Below the pieces are notes generated by a model. It was not told the DNA's origin, did not search any database, and worked only from the letters and a program-made list of their open reading frames with translations. A stretch of 63,668 nucleotides of DNA, counting the filler, from Octopus bimaculoides (lineage: Eukaryota): the NCBI RefSeq assembly GCF_001194135.2. It is 3 parts of 3 records of this genome, joined end to end, with 100 filler letters (N's around TTAATTAATTAA, not from the genome) between each part and the next. Parts side by side here need not be neighbours in the genome. Positions count along the whole stretch, not along the records: positions 20,661 to 46,915 come from NC_068996.1; 2 more parts are not named here. One strand, given 5' to 3'. The number at the start of each line of letters is the position of its first letter. Position 1 is the stretch's first letter. Of the stretch, positions 22,517 to 34,799 are shown one piece after another. The translations under genes were made by a program, and so were the position numbers.

Positions 22517-23232
22517 TAGTAGACAATCAACACAACTAAGTAACAAGAAGAAAACAAATATACTGTACAAATACAACATTACAGAAAAAGACTTACCTGA
22601 GGCAAAAAAAAGCTAAAGCAAGATATCCTTGCCAAAGCACAAAGGATCCGCCGGTATGAGAAACGCCAACGTTTGTTTGAACAAAACAAACAGTTCAAAT
22701 CCAACCCCAAAAACTCTACCAAGAACTGGGTAAAAATAAAATAGACATTGCTGCAGCACCAACAGCACAAGAACTGGAAGAATTTTGGAAACAAATATGG
22801 TCGGTGAAGCAACAACCCCAGAAAAGGACCATTAAAACAACGAACTTAGCACCTGAGCAACTCTAGACCCCTATAACAACAGAAGAGGTCACCCAGACAC
22901 TGCAAAGACTAAGCAACTGGAAGGCACCTGGGCACGACAAGATCCCCAACTTCTGGTTAAAACACCTGACAGGAATGCACCAAAAAGCTGGCTGAAAATT
23001 TTAACAGCATACTAGCAGAGCCATAGACAATGCCTGAATGGCTCACGAAAGGGAAAAACCATGTTAATTTCCAAATCCACGGAAACGGAGAAACCACAAA
23101 ACTACAGACCTATAACCTGTCTCCATACGATCTACAAAGCCTTTACTGCAATAATATCGCAAAGATTGAGTAAGCACCTCCTGGAAAATAACAACCTGTT
23201 TCCAGAAGAGCAGAAGAACTATAGAGCTGGCA
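22517..23232 (+). mobile_element. R4/Dong-clade LINE fragment (pre-RT and RT N-terminus, frameshifted)
   Basis: AKAQRIRRYEKRQRLFEQNKQFKSNPK, ELEEFWKQIWS, LSNWKAPGHDKIPNFWLKHL, PEWLTKG, NYRPITCLHTIYKAFTAII and LFPEEQK are motifs typical of R4/Dong RTs. Confidence 0.8.
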
Positions 23233-23427
23233 GAAATGATAGAGCTGTGGTTGATCAGGCTTTTTCAATTCCGAGTTCAAATACCGTGGGTCTCATCTTT
23301 GCCAGCCATTTTTCTTTTACGGGTGGAGTGGGGGCAATAAAATAATGTTCCAGTCATATAATGTCGTCGACGATGCAGACAAACCTTAGGCCCTCATAAC
23401 TTTTAGCCTTTTGCCAAAGTTGGAAAT

Positions 23428-23429
23428 TA

Positions 23430-23504
<75 letters not shown>

Positions 23505-23505
23505 A

Positions 23506-23603
<98 letters not shown>

Positions 23604-23610
23604 TACTACT
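23428..23610. repeat. Compound (CTA)n-(CTG)n-(CTA)n-(CGA)n microsatellite
   Basis: Direct inspection. It abuts a minus-strand SINE-C-type tail at 23611-23705. Confidence 0.95.
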
Positions 23611-24094
23611 AGTGCTCCGGTCGAACAGCCTGCACATGAAACTAACGTGCAAGTGACTGACTACTCGACAGACACACGTACCCTTAACATAGTTCTCAGG
23701 GAGATGTACCTTTCATCCTTTTGGAGACAATGAAATATATTGTCTATTCAGCGGTTTCGAATCCCGCTACGGCCTACACGGTTTATAATCTTATCCTGTT
23801 GCCCGATTTAACAGCATTACACGGCACTTTAGTTACCCTTAGAGGAGTCCAGTCTGTTGCAAACATTCGGGTCAGGCTTCTGGCTTGAGAACAAGTCCGT
23901 TCCACTTACCACTGGTGGAGACTATGTAACACGTAATAGACACTAACTTCCCTACTAACTAAAATGTAACGCACACACCACATACACACACACACATGTA
24001 TTATGCATATATACAGACACAGGCAATGCATGTATATGTATGTACATGTATTTGTTTATGTCGATACGTATATATGTTTGTGTGTGTGTGTTTG

Positions 24095-24390
24095 TTAAGT
24101 CGCATGACTCAGTGATTAAAGCGTTAGTCTTACAACAGTGAGGTTGTGATTTCGAGTCCCGGACCTGGATATGTGTTGCGTTCTTGAGCAAGACACTTTA
24201 TTTCACGTTGCTCCAGTTCACTCGGCTGTAGAAATAAGTTGCGATGTCACTAGAGCTAAGCTGTATCGGCCCCTTTGCCTTTCCCTTGGATAACATCAGT
24301 GGCGTGGAGAAGAGAGGCTGGTATGCAAGGGCGACTGCTGGACTTTCACAAACAACTTTACCCGGACTTGTGCCTCGGAGGGGAACTTTG
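24095..24390 (+). mobile_element. SINE-D (tRNA head, distinct tail)
   Basis: A box gactcagtgatt and B box atttcgagtccc, then ttcttgagcaagacactttatttcacgttgctccagttcactc. Confidence 0.7.
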
Positions 24391-24425
24391 GAGATGAAGG
24401 TATTTCTGTCTGTCAGTCTTTCTGT

Positions 24426-24479
<54 letters not shown>

Positions 24480-24609
24480 ATATGATGTTAGGTGTTCTAT
24501 AGTCGAATACACGCCGCCCAATATATGAAGATTTGAGGTTTGAATTGAGTGCGATTTGAACTCGGGCGTAATATCGTTTTACTAAATAACGCAAATCATT
24601 GCATCCGGG

Positions 24610-24883
24610 ACATGATGATGATGATGATGGTCATGTTGGTGGTGGTGGTGGTTGTGATGGTGGTGGTAGTTGTAGTGGTAGTTGTGGTTGTGGTGGTGGT
24701 GGTGGTGGTGGTGGTTGTAATGGTCGTTGCGGTGGTTGTAGTGGTCGTTGCAGTGGTGATGATGATGACGATGATGTTGATGATGATGATGGTGGTGGTA
24801 GTGATTGGTGTTGTTTAAAATAAAAGCCATGATCACAAAAATAATAATAATAATTAAAAATAATGATAATAATGATGATAATA

Positions 24884-24929
<46 letters not shown>

Positions 24930-24933
24930 CGAC

Positions 24934-25012
<79 letters not shown>
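24610..25012. repeat. Compound trinucleotide array (GAT/GGT/TAA)
   Basis: Direct inspection. Confidence 0.95.
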
Positions 25013-25014
<2 letters not shown>

Positions 25015-25669
25015 CGGGTGGAGATTCATTCTTCGGCCGTTATAAAATTGACTGTGTTAGTACAATGGTTTCGTTGCTTCAGTCATAGATGAAACTGCTT
25101 ATAAATAGGATAAAGAAGTGCCAATATTTTAAGAGGCTTAAGAGGGAATACACACACACACACACGTACACGCGCGCGCGCACACACATATAGACACATA
25201 GACATATATGTACACATTTACATATATATTTGTAGGTAAGTACACACACCGATATACACCTGCACACGTACACATACACTAACACACAAACCATAACCGA
25301 ACGGCTGATGGCTTACAAGTCAGCATCTGTCAACAAAAGGTTAGTAACGGGTAAAGAGACTGGCCTTGAACTATGCATATAATTAGGAACTGCTATGAAA
25401 AGCTTTATATCAAAGATGGACAGAAGAGAAGTATATTGCACTTAAATCAAATTGGATGCTTGTTTCAATACAACCAAGAAATAGATAAAATAATCGACTG
25501 ATTTAGTGTTGCATATAATATCTTGTCGACCTGTCTCTTTCTGAATTTGATTTTTCATGTCTACCTGTTTTTGTTCGGATCTACCTTTCTGACATTAAGT
25601 CCATATATTTTCTCTCTTCTCTTTCGTTTCATCTATCTTCCACTCCTTTTATGATACATACATACATGC

Positions 25670-25717
<48 letters not shown>

Positions 25718-25899
25718 GGTCAAAAAGTTGAGCTTGAAGTTCAGCACCTGGTGTGACCAGCATCGTGGGGCGCTTAAACGATCGACCACCTTCGTTACTC
25801 AAAGTTTCTTTCAGAATTGGTGATTAGGGAAAGGGATAGATTATGTAAAGGGTGGCTAATCTCGCTCAGAAATGGACTGAGAGGCAGCTGTCGTTGAAT

Positions 25900-26380
25900 A
25901 ATGAACAGAAGTGATACATTACTTCCGTCAGACATTATTTATCTGACCAGCGTAAAGCAGTTTTCGTCTCACCAAAATGAACCATCTACTCTTTTGCCAC
26001 GCGTTGATGTAACACCTTCCGCAGTCAAGTTTCTGTTCATTGGCAACACGTCATACGTGGGATTCTCTACTAGTACTCATGATGCATAAAAAGTGGCCTG
26101 CAACCGCAGCAACCAAAAGGGAATCCTGAATGGTTAAAAGTTTGCTCTTCCTTTCACGTACATTTGATTACAGCCTCTCACTTTTGAGGGAACTCAATTC
26201 CTCGACCCAATGAAGATAATAACTGTGCGCTTGGCATCTGGAATGATGTCAGACAACCTGAGCTCTCTGCCAATCGGTAGTGCGTCCAGTTGAACTTTTA
26301 CGTGTTAGCGTTCTGTAGGGGACAAGTGCAGTCGACGAGATCAGCATGTTGTTTTGCTAAAGAAGAATTCCATGGAGTTT
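25900..26380 (+). mobile_element. Highly decayed hAT transposase relic
   Basis: Frameshifted pieces LP..LATR..WDS, KKWPATA, FLDP, LPIGSASS(E)..F and DK.SR resemble the hAT TRWNS, FLDPR and PASSASSER motifs. Confidence 0.35.
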
Positions 26381-27164
26381 TAAAATGGCTGAGCTGGAAT
26401 TTGTCATTTCGGATTAATCATTACAGGTGAAGAGAGCTCGTCAACATTAACCGCTTTGAGTTTTTTTCGTGATGAACTCATTCTTTATGCACTCGTTCAA
26501 TATAATATCAACACCTATGAAGTTACGTCAAACAGAAACTATGGAGTAAAGGAGAAATCTGCCAAATGTTAGAACCCGTTCTTAAAATCGTTCCTCTATT
26601 ATTCTTTGACTGGGAATAGTAGGCATTTTCCCATTTCACAATCTTCACTTCGACTATTTCGAATTCTACGTTGAATTCACCTCCATCTGAATCTTCTTCC
26701 ATACTATGATTATGTTATTTTTATACGTATGCTTGTGATTATGATATTTATTTATATATATGTATATGTGTGTGTGTGTGTGCATTTATATATATACATA
26801 TGTATATAAATATGCATATATTTATATATATATATATGTACATATGTATATATATATATATATATNNNNNNNNNNAAAATAACCAATTTTCAAGAAGTCA
26901 TCGATGAAAATCCACTATCACATATAGAAAAATTAATAATTAAAAGCACAATAAATAAGTATAATATAAAGTAAAGTAAATATCATAAGATAAATATAAA
27001 TATAAATATAAATATAAATATAAATTGGTTATTTTCCCTAAAACTATATATATTTTATATATACTTTATCTATAAGGCTCAATTTAATTTTAATTTTTTA
27101 TAAATTGATTTTAATTGAGTCTTTTACCTGTAATTTTGGATTTTGTCCCTAATAATATTATTAT

Positions 27165-27184
27165 ATATATATATATATATAGAT

Positions 27185-27244
<60 letters not shown>

Positions 27245-27354
27245 GTAGGTAAATAGATAGACAGACTGACATATAGAGAGATAGAAAGGTAAATAGATTG
27301 ATAAATATAGACACACACACATATATGGATATATATATATATATATATATATAT

Positions 27355-27386
<32 letters not shown>

Positions 27387-27407
27387 NNNNNNNNNNAGTG
27401 AGAGAGA

Positions 27408-27470
<63 letters not shown>
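27165..27470. repeat. (TA)n/(TAGA)n/(GA)n microsatellites
   Basis: Direct inspection. Confidence 0.9.
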
Positions 27471-27472
<2 letters not shown>

Positions 27473-28249
27473 TGAGAGATAGAAGGAGAGTGAAATACAT
27501 TCATATGATTCGCTTTATTTTACAAAACATTAATTGCTGGGAAATTAATATGTCCGCGACTAACTGACATATTAAATTAATGATAATGTAAATAAGGCAA
27601 CATATAATGCAGACATTGAGTCAATTTTGTCTTGCAATAAATTACTTAAGTAAAGACACTCTGTATTTCGGTTAAAACTTTTTATCAAGTTACTCTAACT
27701 TGCCTACAACACTAGTGGTGGCATCAGCAACAACATCAGCTGCTATAAATAAAAGTTGACAAATTCTTTTCTCAGTTTGACTCCTTAAACAAAAGGAAAA
27801 GCAATTATCATGATTCTAACTGACCAACTGTTACAACGACGTGAGAATGGAGAAGTTGCAGGTCTGACGGAACATAGTAACATCATATTTAAACCAACAA
27901 AAACCAACAGCTTTGTTAACTTACTCAAATCTATCTCAACAGCACGTACAGACAGACCTGTTGTCTAACTGTTCAGCAAAACAACAAGCAAACTACAAAA
28001 TATAAGAGAAAAAGAGATAAAAGGGATTTGTACTGTAACAATTTGCGTTAATTTTAAACTTGAAATTCTCTCTTTCCCTCATTCTCTCTTTCCCTCAATT
28101 TCTCTCATTCTCTCTGACTCTCTCTCTTTCTCTCTCTCTCTGTCTCTTTCTTTCTCTCTCTTTATCTCTCTCTATTTCCCTCTCTCTCTTTTTCTGTCTC
28201 TCTTTCTCTCTCTCTCTCTCTCACTCTCTCACTATATATATATATATAC

Positions 28250-28287
<38 letters not shown>

Positions 28288-29628
28288 NNNNNNNNNNNNN
28301 NNNNNNNNNNNNNNNNNNNNNNNNNNNNNNNNNNNNNNNNNNNNNNNNNNNNNNNNNNNNNNNNNNNNNNNNNNNNNNNNNNNNNNNNNNNNNNNNNNNN
28401 NNNNNNNNNNNNNNNNNNNNNNNNNNNNNNNNNNNNNNNNNNNNNNNNNNNNNNNNNNNNNNNNNNNNNNNNNNNNNNNNNNNNNNNNNNNNNNNNNNNN
28501 NNNNNNNNNNNNNNNNNNNNNNNNNNNNNNNNNNNNNNNNNNNNNNNNNNNNNNNNNNNNNNNNNNNNNNNNNNNNNNNNNNNNNNNNNNNNNNNNNNNN
28601 NNNNNNNNNNNNNNNNNNNNNNNNNNNNNNNNNNNNNNNNNNNNNNNNNNNNNNNNNNNNNNNNNNNNNNNNNNNNNNNNNNNNNNNNNNNNNNNNNNNN
28701 NNNNNNNNNNNNNNNNNNNNNNNNNNNNNNNNNNNNNNNNNNNNNNNNNNNNNNNNNNNNNNNNNNNNNNNNNNNNNNNNNNNNNNNNNNNNNNNNNNNN
28801 NNNNNNNNNNNNNNNNNNNNNNNNNNNNNNNNNNNNNNNNNNNNNNNNNNNNNNNNNNNNNNNNNNNNNNNNNNNNNNNNNNNNNNNNNNNNNNNNNNNN
28901 NNNNNNNNNNNNNNNNNNNNNNNNNNNNNNNNNNNNNNNNNNNNNNNNNNNNNNNNNNNNNNNNNNNNNNNNNNNNNNNNNNNNNNNNNNNNNNNNNNNN
29001 NNNNNNNNNNNNNNNNNNNNNNNNNNNNNNNNNNNNNNNNNNNNNNNNNNNNNNNNNNNNNNNNNNNNNNNNNNNNNNNNNNNNNNNNNNNNNNNNNNNN
29101 NNNNNNNNNNNNNNNNNNNNNNNNNNNNNNNNNNNNNNNNNNNNNNNNNNNTATAATCATAAATATACAGGGATTAGCATTGAGTTGCTTCTCCAACATA
29201 CTGAAAATTTAGAAATAGCAGTCAAAGAACTAATGATTCTAAACTACAAATTTTTCTCTAAATGGATGGCGATATTTATGGCACACATAGAACAAAAAAC
29301 CAGAGTAAAAAGCAAAAACAAACCTGCCTTTAGTTAATTGAATACGAACGTTTCGCGGTTAAGAGATTACTCTATTCCGCATCTTCAGCCAAATATTCTG
29401 ATAAATTTGAAAGTGTCTCTAAAAAATTCACGGTAATTTCTGGCCATGCTACACCAAAAACCAACGAGAAGAAAAGGTACTTACGAATTCATCGGCTAGT
29501 GAGTTCAGGCACCCCACCTCAAAGAAATNNNNNNNNNNNNNNNNNNNNNNNNNNNNNNNNNNNNNNNNNNNNNNNNNNNNNNNNNNNNNNNNNNNNNNNN
29601 NNNNNNNNNNNNNNNNNNNNNNNNNNNN

Positions 29629-29671
<43 letters not shown>

Positions 29672-30826
29672 GAGAGTGTGTGTGTGTGTGTTTGTGTGTG
29701 CGCGCACGCGTATGTATTTGTGCGTATATAAATGTACGAAAAGGAAATTCCGCTATCTTAAAAAATAAGGACGGTGTAGATGGTGTTGTCTGCGATTGAC
29801 TGTATTATAAAAGAAAAAAGGCATGAAGACTAATGATATATTTTACATTTAGACCCCTTCAAAAATTTATGTGGATCTCAAATTTCTAATTTTTTAATGT
29901 TGCCTTTAAAAGCGTGCTATCGGCTCCTTAGGCGCTTTATCAACTCTTTTCGGTAGGACAATATTATTGTGGTATAGTTGCATTGTAGAATAATGTGACA
30001 AGGCGCTGTATTGCAATAGTATTGCTATTGCTGATTAACCACAGATCTGTTGTGCTCGCGTTGACATATTATCAAAAGCAGTCCAGTCACGGCAATTTCG
30101 TTTCCTTAAAGGGCAAGTATGACTAAACTATTTCATATACTTATTGCTTATTAATGACGTTAGTGTGTGACATGAGGAATATTAGGCAGGTATTTCAAAC
30201 GGATCTTGCAAAACACTCCTCCAAAATGGGTCATATAGTGTGGCAGAACTGGAGGAAATAAAGTAAAGTATAAAACTGAGTGTATCTGAGATCAGCTGTT
30301 TGAAGAGTTATATTTAAATGAAATGGTAGCAGAAATAAATATGTGCGTGAGATAATGGTTTATTCAATTTGTGATGAATACGGCGAAGTGAGGATTGTAG
30401 CTGGTAAAGTAATGAATGCGATCAAAGCTAATTGCGAAAGAATGTCATTAAGGACGAAGTCTCTTAAGAGTTGAGAGTGAAATATCAGAGACCTTAACGG
30501 ATAAGTTTGCGTTATTTAAATTCATTATTGTTATATTTAATGAGTATTGGCTTTTAACTGATGTTATTATTTCAAGAACATATTAGTATCTGCAGAGGTA
30601 TCTATCATAGACCCACATCACGTTTCCGTATTCTATATGTGTAATGACCTTACAAAGATGCCATTGTAGCAAAAATTAAGACAGTGTTGTTGTTGAAATT
30701 TTTATTGGCTGTTATCGTCATTGTCGTCATTGTCGTTAATATCGTCCTTGTCGTCGTCCCCCTTCTCTTCTCCTTCTCCTCATCATCATCATTACCACAT
30801 TTCAGTTGCATCATTTTTACTTTGTA

Positions 30827-31040
30827 AAGCGGCAAGCTGGCCGAATCGTTAGCACGCCGGGTGAAATGATTAGCGGTATTTCCTCCGTCTACGTTCTGAG
30901 TTCAAATTCTGCCGAAGTCGACTTTGCCTTTCATTCCTTCGGGGGTCAATAAAATAAGTACAGGTTGCGTACTGGGGTCGATTTAATCGACTGGCTCCTC
31001 CCCCAAAATTTCGGGCCTTGTGCCTAGAGTAGAAAAGATT
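30827..31040 (+). mobile_element. Full-length SINE-A (tail type A1)
   Basis: A box tggccgaatcgttag and B box gagttcaaattc. Perfect 14-bp TSD atttttactttgta at 30813-30826 and 31041-31054. Confidence 0.9.
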
Positions 31041-31119
31041 ATTTTTACTTTGTACCGCACTATGAAGTACAGTTATATGTCTTTTGGACATGCACATGTT
31101 TTGGACATATTTTAGTTTT

Positions 31120-31900
31120 GTTGTTTTTGTGCTGCTAAAAGCACCTTTGTAACACGTGTGCGATGCCTTGCTAAGCAGTGCCATTTTGTGTGATGTGTGT
31201 GAGCTCCTGGAGGTTTAGTTACGTACTTCTTTATATGTTTGCTTTTGTGTCATTGCTTCAACTGCTACATACTGGTTATTTCATTTCCAGATCTTAATGT
31301 TTGAACAGTCTTACCATTTCTTTGCTAGATATATTACCTTCAGATGGGTCTACTGAGATTACGATTAGAAAGCACTTTCTCTTAGTCCACAAAGACAATA
31401 AGTGGTCAAATAACTTTGATCATCTAGTTGAGCTGTTTTTTCTATCTCAGAGTATGGTAAACCTGTCATTCTGTGAAATATTTTCTAGTGTGTGTTTCAC
31501 TAACACTTTTGTATTGAATTTCATATTATAGGCATAAATTTCAGTCTAAGTCCTAGACCTGACGTATCTACAATTTCACTTCTTTACTGACCTGTGGAAA
31601 ATATTTACAATTATTTCTTCCTCATTTCCACATATTCTGTAGTTTTCCCTTCGTTATATGTTTGTAGTGTTTTCTGGTACGAAAATTTTGATCTTATGCC
31701 GCAGTCATGAAGCCTTAAATGTCAGTTTTGAGTCCTACAACTATCATAACAGTGTAGAAAATATTCCTTGTCTTGTTTCAACTTTCTCAAGCACTGTCCA
31801 ATGTAAGTGCCTCGTAACACAGTTACTCAATACAATATTCAGCTTCCCCATATAAACTTGGATTTAACTTTTTGTCAATTTTTTTTCTTTGCTGAAGGCA
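31120..31900 (-). mobile_element. Highly decayed hAT (Charlie/Buster-like) transposase relic
   Basis: Fragments IVLSNCVTRHL, KQDKEYF, KFMPII*NSI, QLDD and KMALLSK echo the VLSN..KRHL, IPLSNNTI, QLDES and HREALASK motifs, in the expected order. Confidence 0.35.
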
Positions 31901-31985
31901 CTAAAGTATTTTTGGCTCGTATTTTCTGGTCATTTGTGTTGATTTTCCATCATCCATTATGCTAAATTAGATATTTGTTAGTGGT

Positions 31986-32290
31986 AAAGCGGCGAGCTGG
32001 CAGAATCGTTAGCACGTCGGGCGAAATGCTGAGCCGTATTTCGTCTGCCGTTACGTTCTGAGTTCAAATTCTGCTGAGGTCGACTTTGCCCTTCATCCTT
32101 TCAGGGTCGATTAAATAAGTACCAGTTACACACTGGGATCGGTATAATCGACTTAATCCGTTTGTCTGTCCTTGTTTGTCCCCTCTGTGTGTAGCCCCTT
32201 GTGGGCAATAAAGAAATAAGAAATGTTAGCACGCCAGGCGAAATGCTTAATAGTATTTCGTCTGTCCTTACGCTCGAAGTTCAAATTCCG
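31986..32290 (+). mobile_element. SINE-A variant (A2) with a LINE-like tail, followed by a resumed SINE-A head
   Basis: SINE-A head and body 31986-32151, then tail taatccgtttgtctgtccttgtttgtcccctctgtgtgtagccccttgtgggcaataaagaaataagaa, then gttagcacgccaggcgaaatgctt...gagg tcga restarting the head sequence. Confidence 0.8.
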
Positions 32291-32799
32291 CCGAGGTCGA
32301 AAAAGAATATTTGCTTGTGGTAAAGTGGACATTTTGTAATAGTTTTGTAGCTGCAAAAAAGGTTTTCCAGTATTCAAGTTAAACATAAGCGCTCTCATTC
32401 AGATTTTAAGTGAAGGGTTCATTTTGCTTGACTATCAAACTTTACTAGTAAGTTTACAGTCCAATTGAGAATATAATTAGAAATTATTACTGGGACAGCT
32501 AGACTATTAATGATTATTAACATAAAAAACCCAAATAAATTCTATTTTAATAACTAATCACAAAGATCTAAGACTATTCTTTTCTAATATTCTATTTCAT
32601 GTGTGCGTGTAATGCCGAGTACATCGATTTGTAGCATTGTCATATAATGTGACAAAGTACTGTATTATAATAATATTGCTGCTGTCATTTTATCACAGAT
32701 CAGTTGTGCTCGAGTTGACATATTATCAAAAGCAATTAGTTTTGTCGCAATACCCTTATTTCAGCTTCTCTCTATATTAATTAATTTGTTTCGTAAATG

Positions 32800-34260
32800 C
32801 TTTTAGTGCCGGCATTAATGTCTGTAGTTGTTTTCATGTAATCAAGTAGAATATTTGATGCTGTTCAATATGCAAAAGATGGCTGATGGTCCTATCATTG
32901 CATTAAAACTCAGTTCAGTTTTGTCTGCTGGTCAAAGGCAACAGTACAAAAGACAAAAAGAGCGAAAAGGGAGTCCGTTGAAATATCTCTCCTTTTACTG
33001 GAAATGTGCATAGTTTTTATAACTTTCCCCTTATATCTGTATCTATACAATTTACTCAAGGCATATCCCATGCATCTTATTATTAACGCTACCTTAAAAA
33101 TGCCTAATTCTTCCAAGATCCGTTTGAAATATTTTGTTTTGATTTCTAGAAGTCGATGCAAACCATGATCAGAATCATTGTTTCTTCTCCTGCAGTCTTT
33201 TGTAGTGGCTTTGTTGATCAAGAATTGATATTCACAGTACATGAATTTTTGTGCCATCCCATGCGCTTTTCCATTTCTGTTGCAGGTTTATTTTCTGTTA
33301 CATTATAGTTAAGCCTCTGTATGCTATACGAATATAAGTCACAAGTTAGTAAGTTTTAGGTTAGCTTCTTTTATTTTGGAAACTAAAACTGTTTACTTCT
33401 CACTGAGACAGTCACTTGTTGTCTTCAGCCCTCTGCTGACTCAAAACACGTCTATGCTTGCACCTTTGTGTTAGATATCTTATTTAGAACTTTGGAATCT
33501 TTGTATGTTCCGATTTTTCATGCTTATTTATTTATTTATTACCTCGCCTTAGTGAAAGGGTGGTATTTTTTTTTCAGTCGTGTTTGTTGGTTTGTCCGTG
33601 AGTAGGATATCTCGAGAACTGATAGATGGATTCAGATGAAACTTTCAGGGATATTTGGCCTCGTGACTGGCACCAACAGATTATATTTGGGAATCGACCC
33701 GATACGCGGACAAGGATTCTTGATTATGTTACCTGTTTTTCTGCTAAATTTTTGACAGTCAGTGGTCGGGTTCGTTTTTAGTATTCTCGTTTGTGAGAGC
33801 AGTCGAGTTTATTTAAGATATTCTCATTTTAAAAATCATCTCTGGTTAATCGTTGAGAGGACGTTGGTGTTGCCTTGGTAGAAGTTTGCGCTCCATTTAT
33901 TTATTCATTCATTTATTTATTTATTTATTTATTTATATGTCTACCTTCGAAGCAGCTGGACAACTTCTTTTGTTGTTATGGACCCTAGCGATTGTTCAGA
34001 TGCTTTATACATTTATTTTTAACAATCTCAGCTTCACCGATTCCTTCCTTGTTATATTTAATTTCCCAAAATCCATTTTTGTGGCTGTTCCTGCAGTGAT
34101 TTCGATTTTATTTTCACCGTGTTCATGAAGAAATTGTTTCGAGTTTGAATCGAATTTTTTAATTTATCTATTATTTTCATTTTCAAAGAATTCTTTGTCC
34201 AAAGACTTGTTGCTATTCATATCAGCTATCAAGTAATGATCTTCTGTGTCAGGTGTTCAC
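32800..34260 (-). mobile_element. Old RTE-like LINE relic
   Basis: Degenerate motifs in order on the minus strand: DH.L.AD, YRGLTI, HRLLE, ALSKL...GKVIKTM and NILLDYM. Interrupted by the 33538-33895 insertion. Confidence 0.35.
33538..33895 (+). mobile_element. Non-autonomous Helentron-associated (HINE/DINE-1-like) element
   Basis: Starts ttacctcgcc...gtgtttgttggtttgtccgtgagtaggatatctcgagaac...gatggattcagatgaaacttt and ends gccttggtagaagtttgcgctcc, the typical HINE architecture. Confidence 0.5.
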
Positions 34261-34799
34261 TAGCCGTGTCAAAATATTTCCTTTTTAGACGAAATATTTA
34301 TTTATTTTTTTTACATAGAAATTGTGTTGCTCTTATTTTCAAAGTAGGCACTACATTTCACTATCGATTGTGATGCACTGTTCGACCCATAAAGCTAAGC
34401 AATGTACAGTTGTAAAGCCGCGAGCAAATGATTTGCAATCGAATTACATGTACACGTCCCGGTAGTCAATAGTCGAATTATAATTTTATGCTTTATATTT
34501 GTAATACTACATTTGTACTTTTGCATTGAAAAATTGGTCGCAGATTTTTATTGTCTTCGACTACGTTTTTTTAAATAAAACCTTTCGGATTTGCTCATTT
34601 GCACTTCCAACTCAGTTGATTGTTTTTATTTATTAATGAAGTAAAAGCAATGAAACTGGCAGTAAAGAGTAGAAATTCAAGTTATTATACTTGTGGAAGT
34701 GAGAGACACAATGAGGACTTTTCGCTCAGAGAAACTAACAATGGGAGGAGAGCAAAACATAGCAGAATAAGAAAAAAATTACAGGTTCAGTTCGCTTGG

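Noticed and set aside
24582-25092. Poly-His/Gly/Asp/Met ORFs
   Set aside because: These are translations of trinucleotide microsatellites, as are the other low-complexity ORFs in the track.
29485-29528. Minus-strand exon end (FFEVGCLNSLADEF/GTAAGT)
   Set aside because: The acceptor would be in a gap and the peptide is unrecognised; a donor alone is uninformative.
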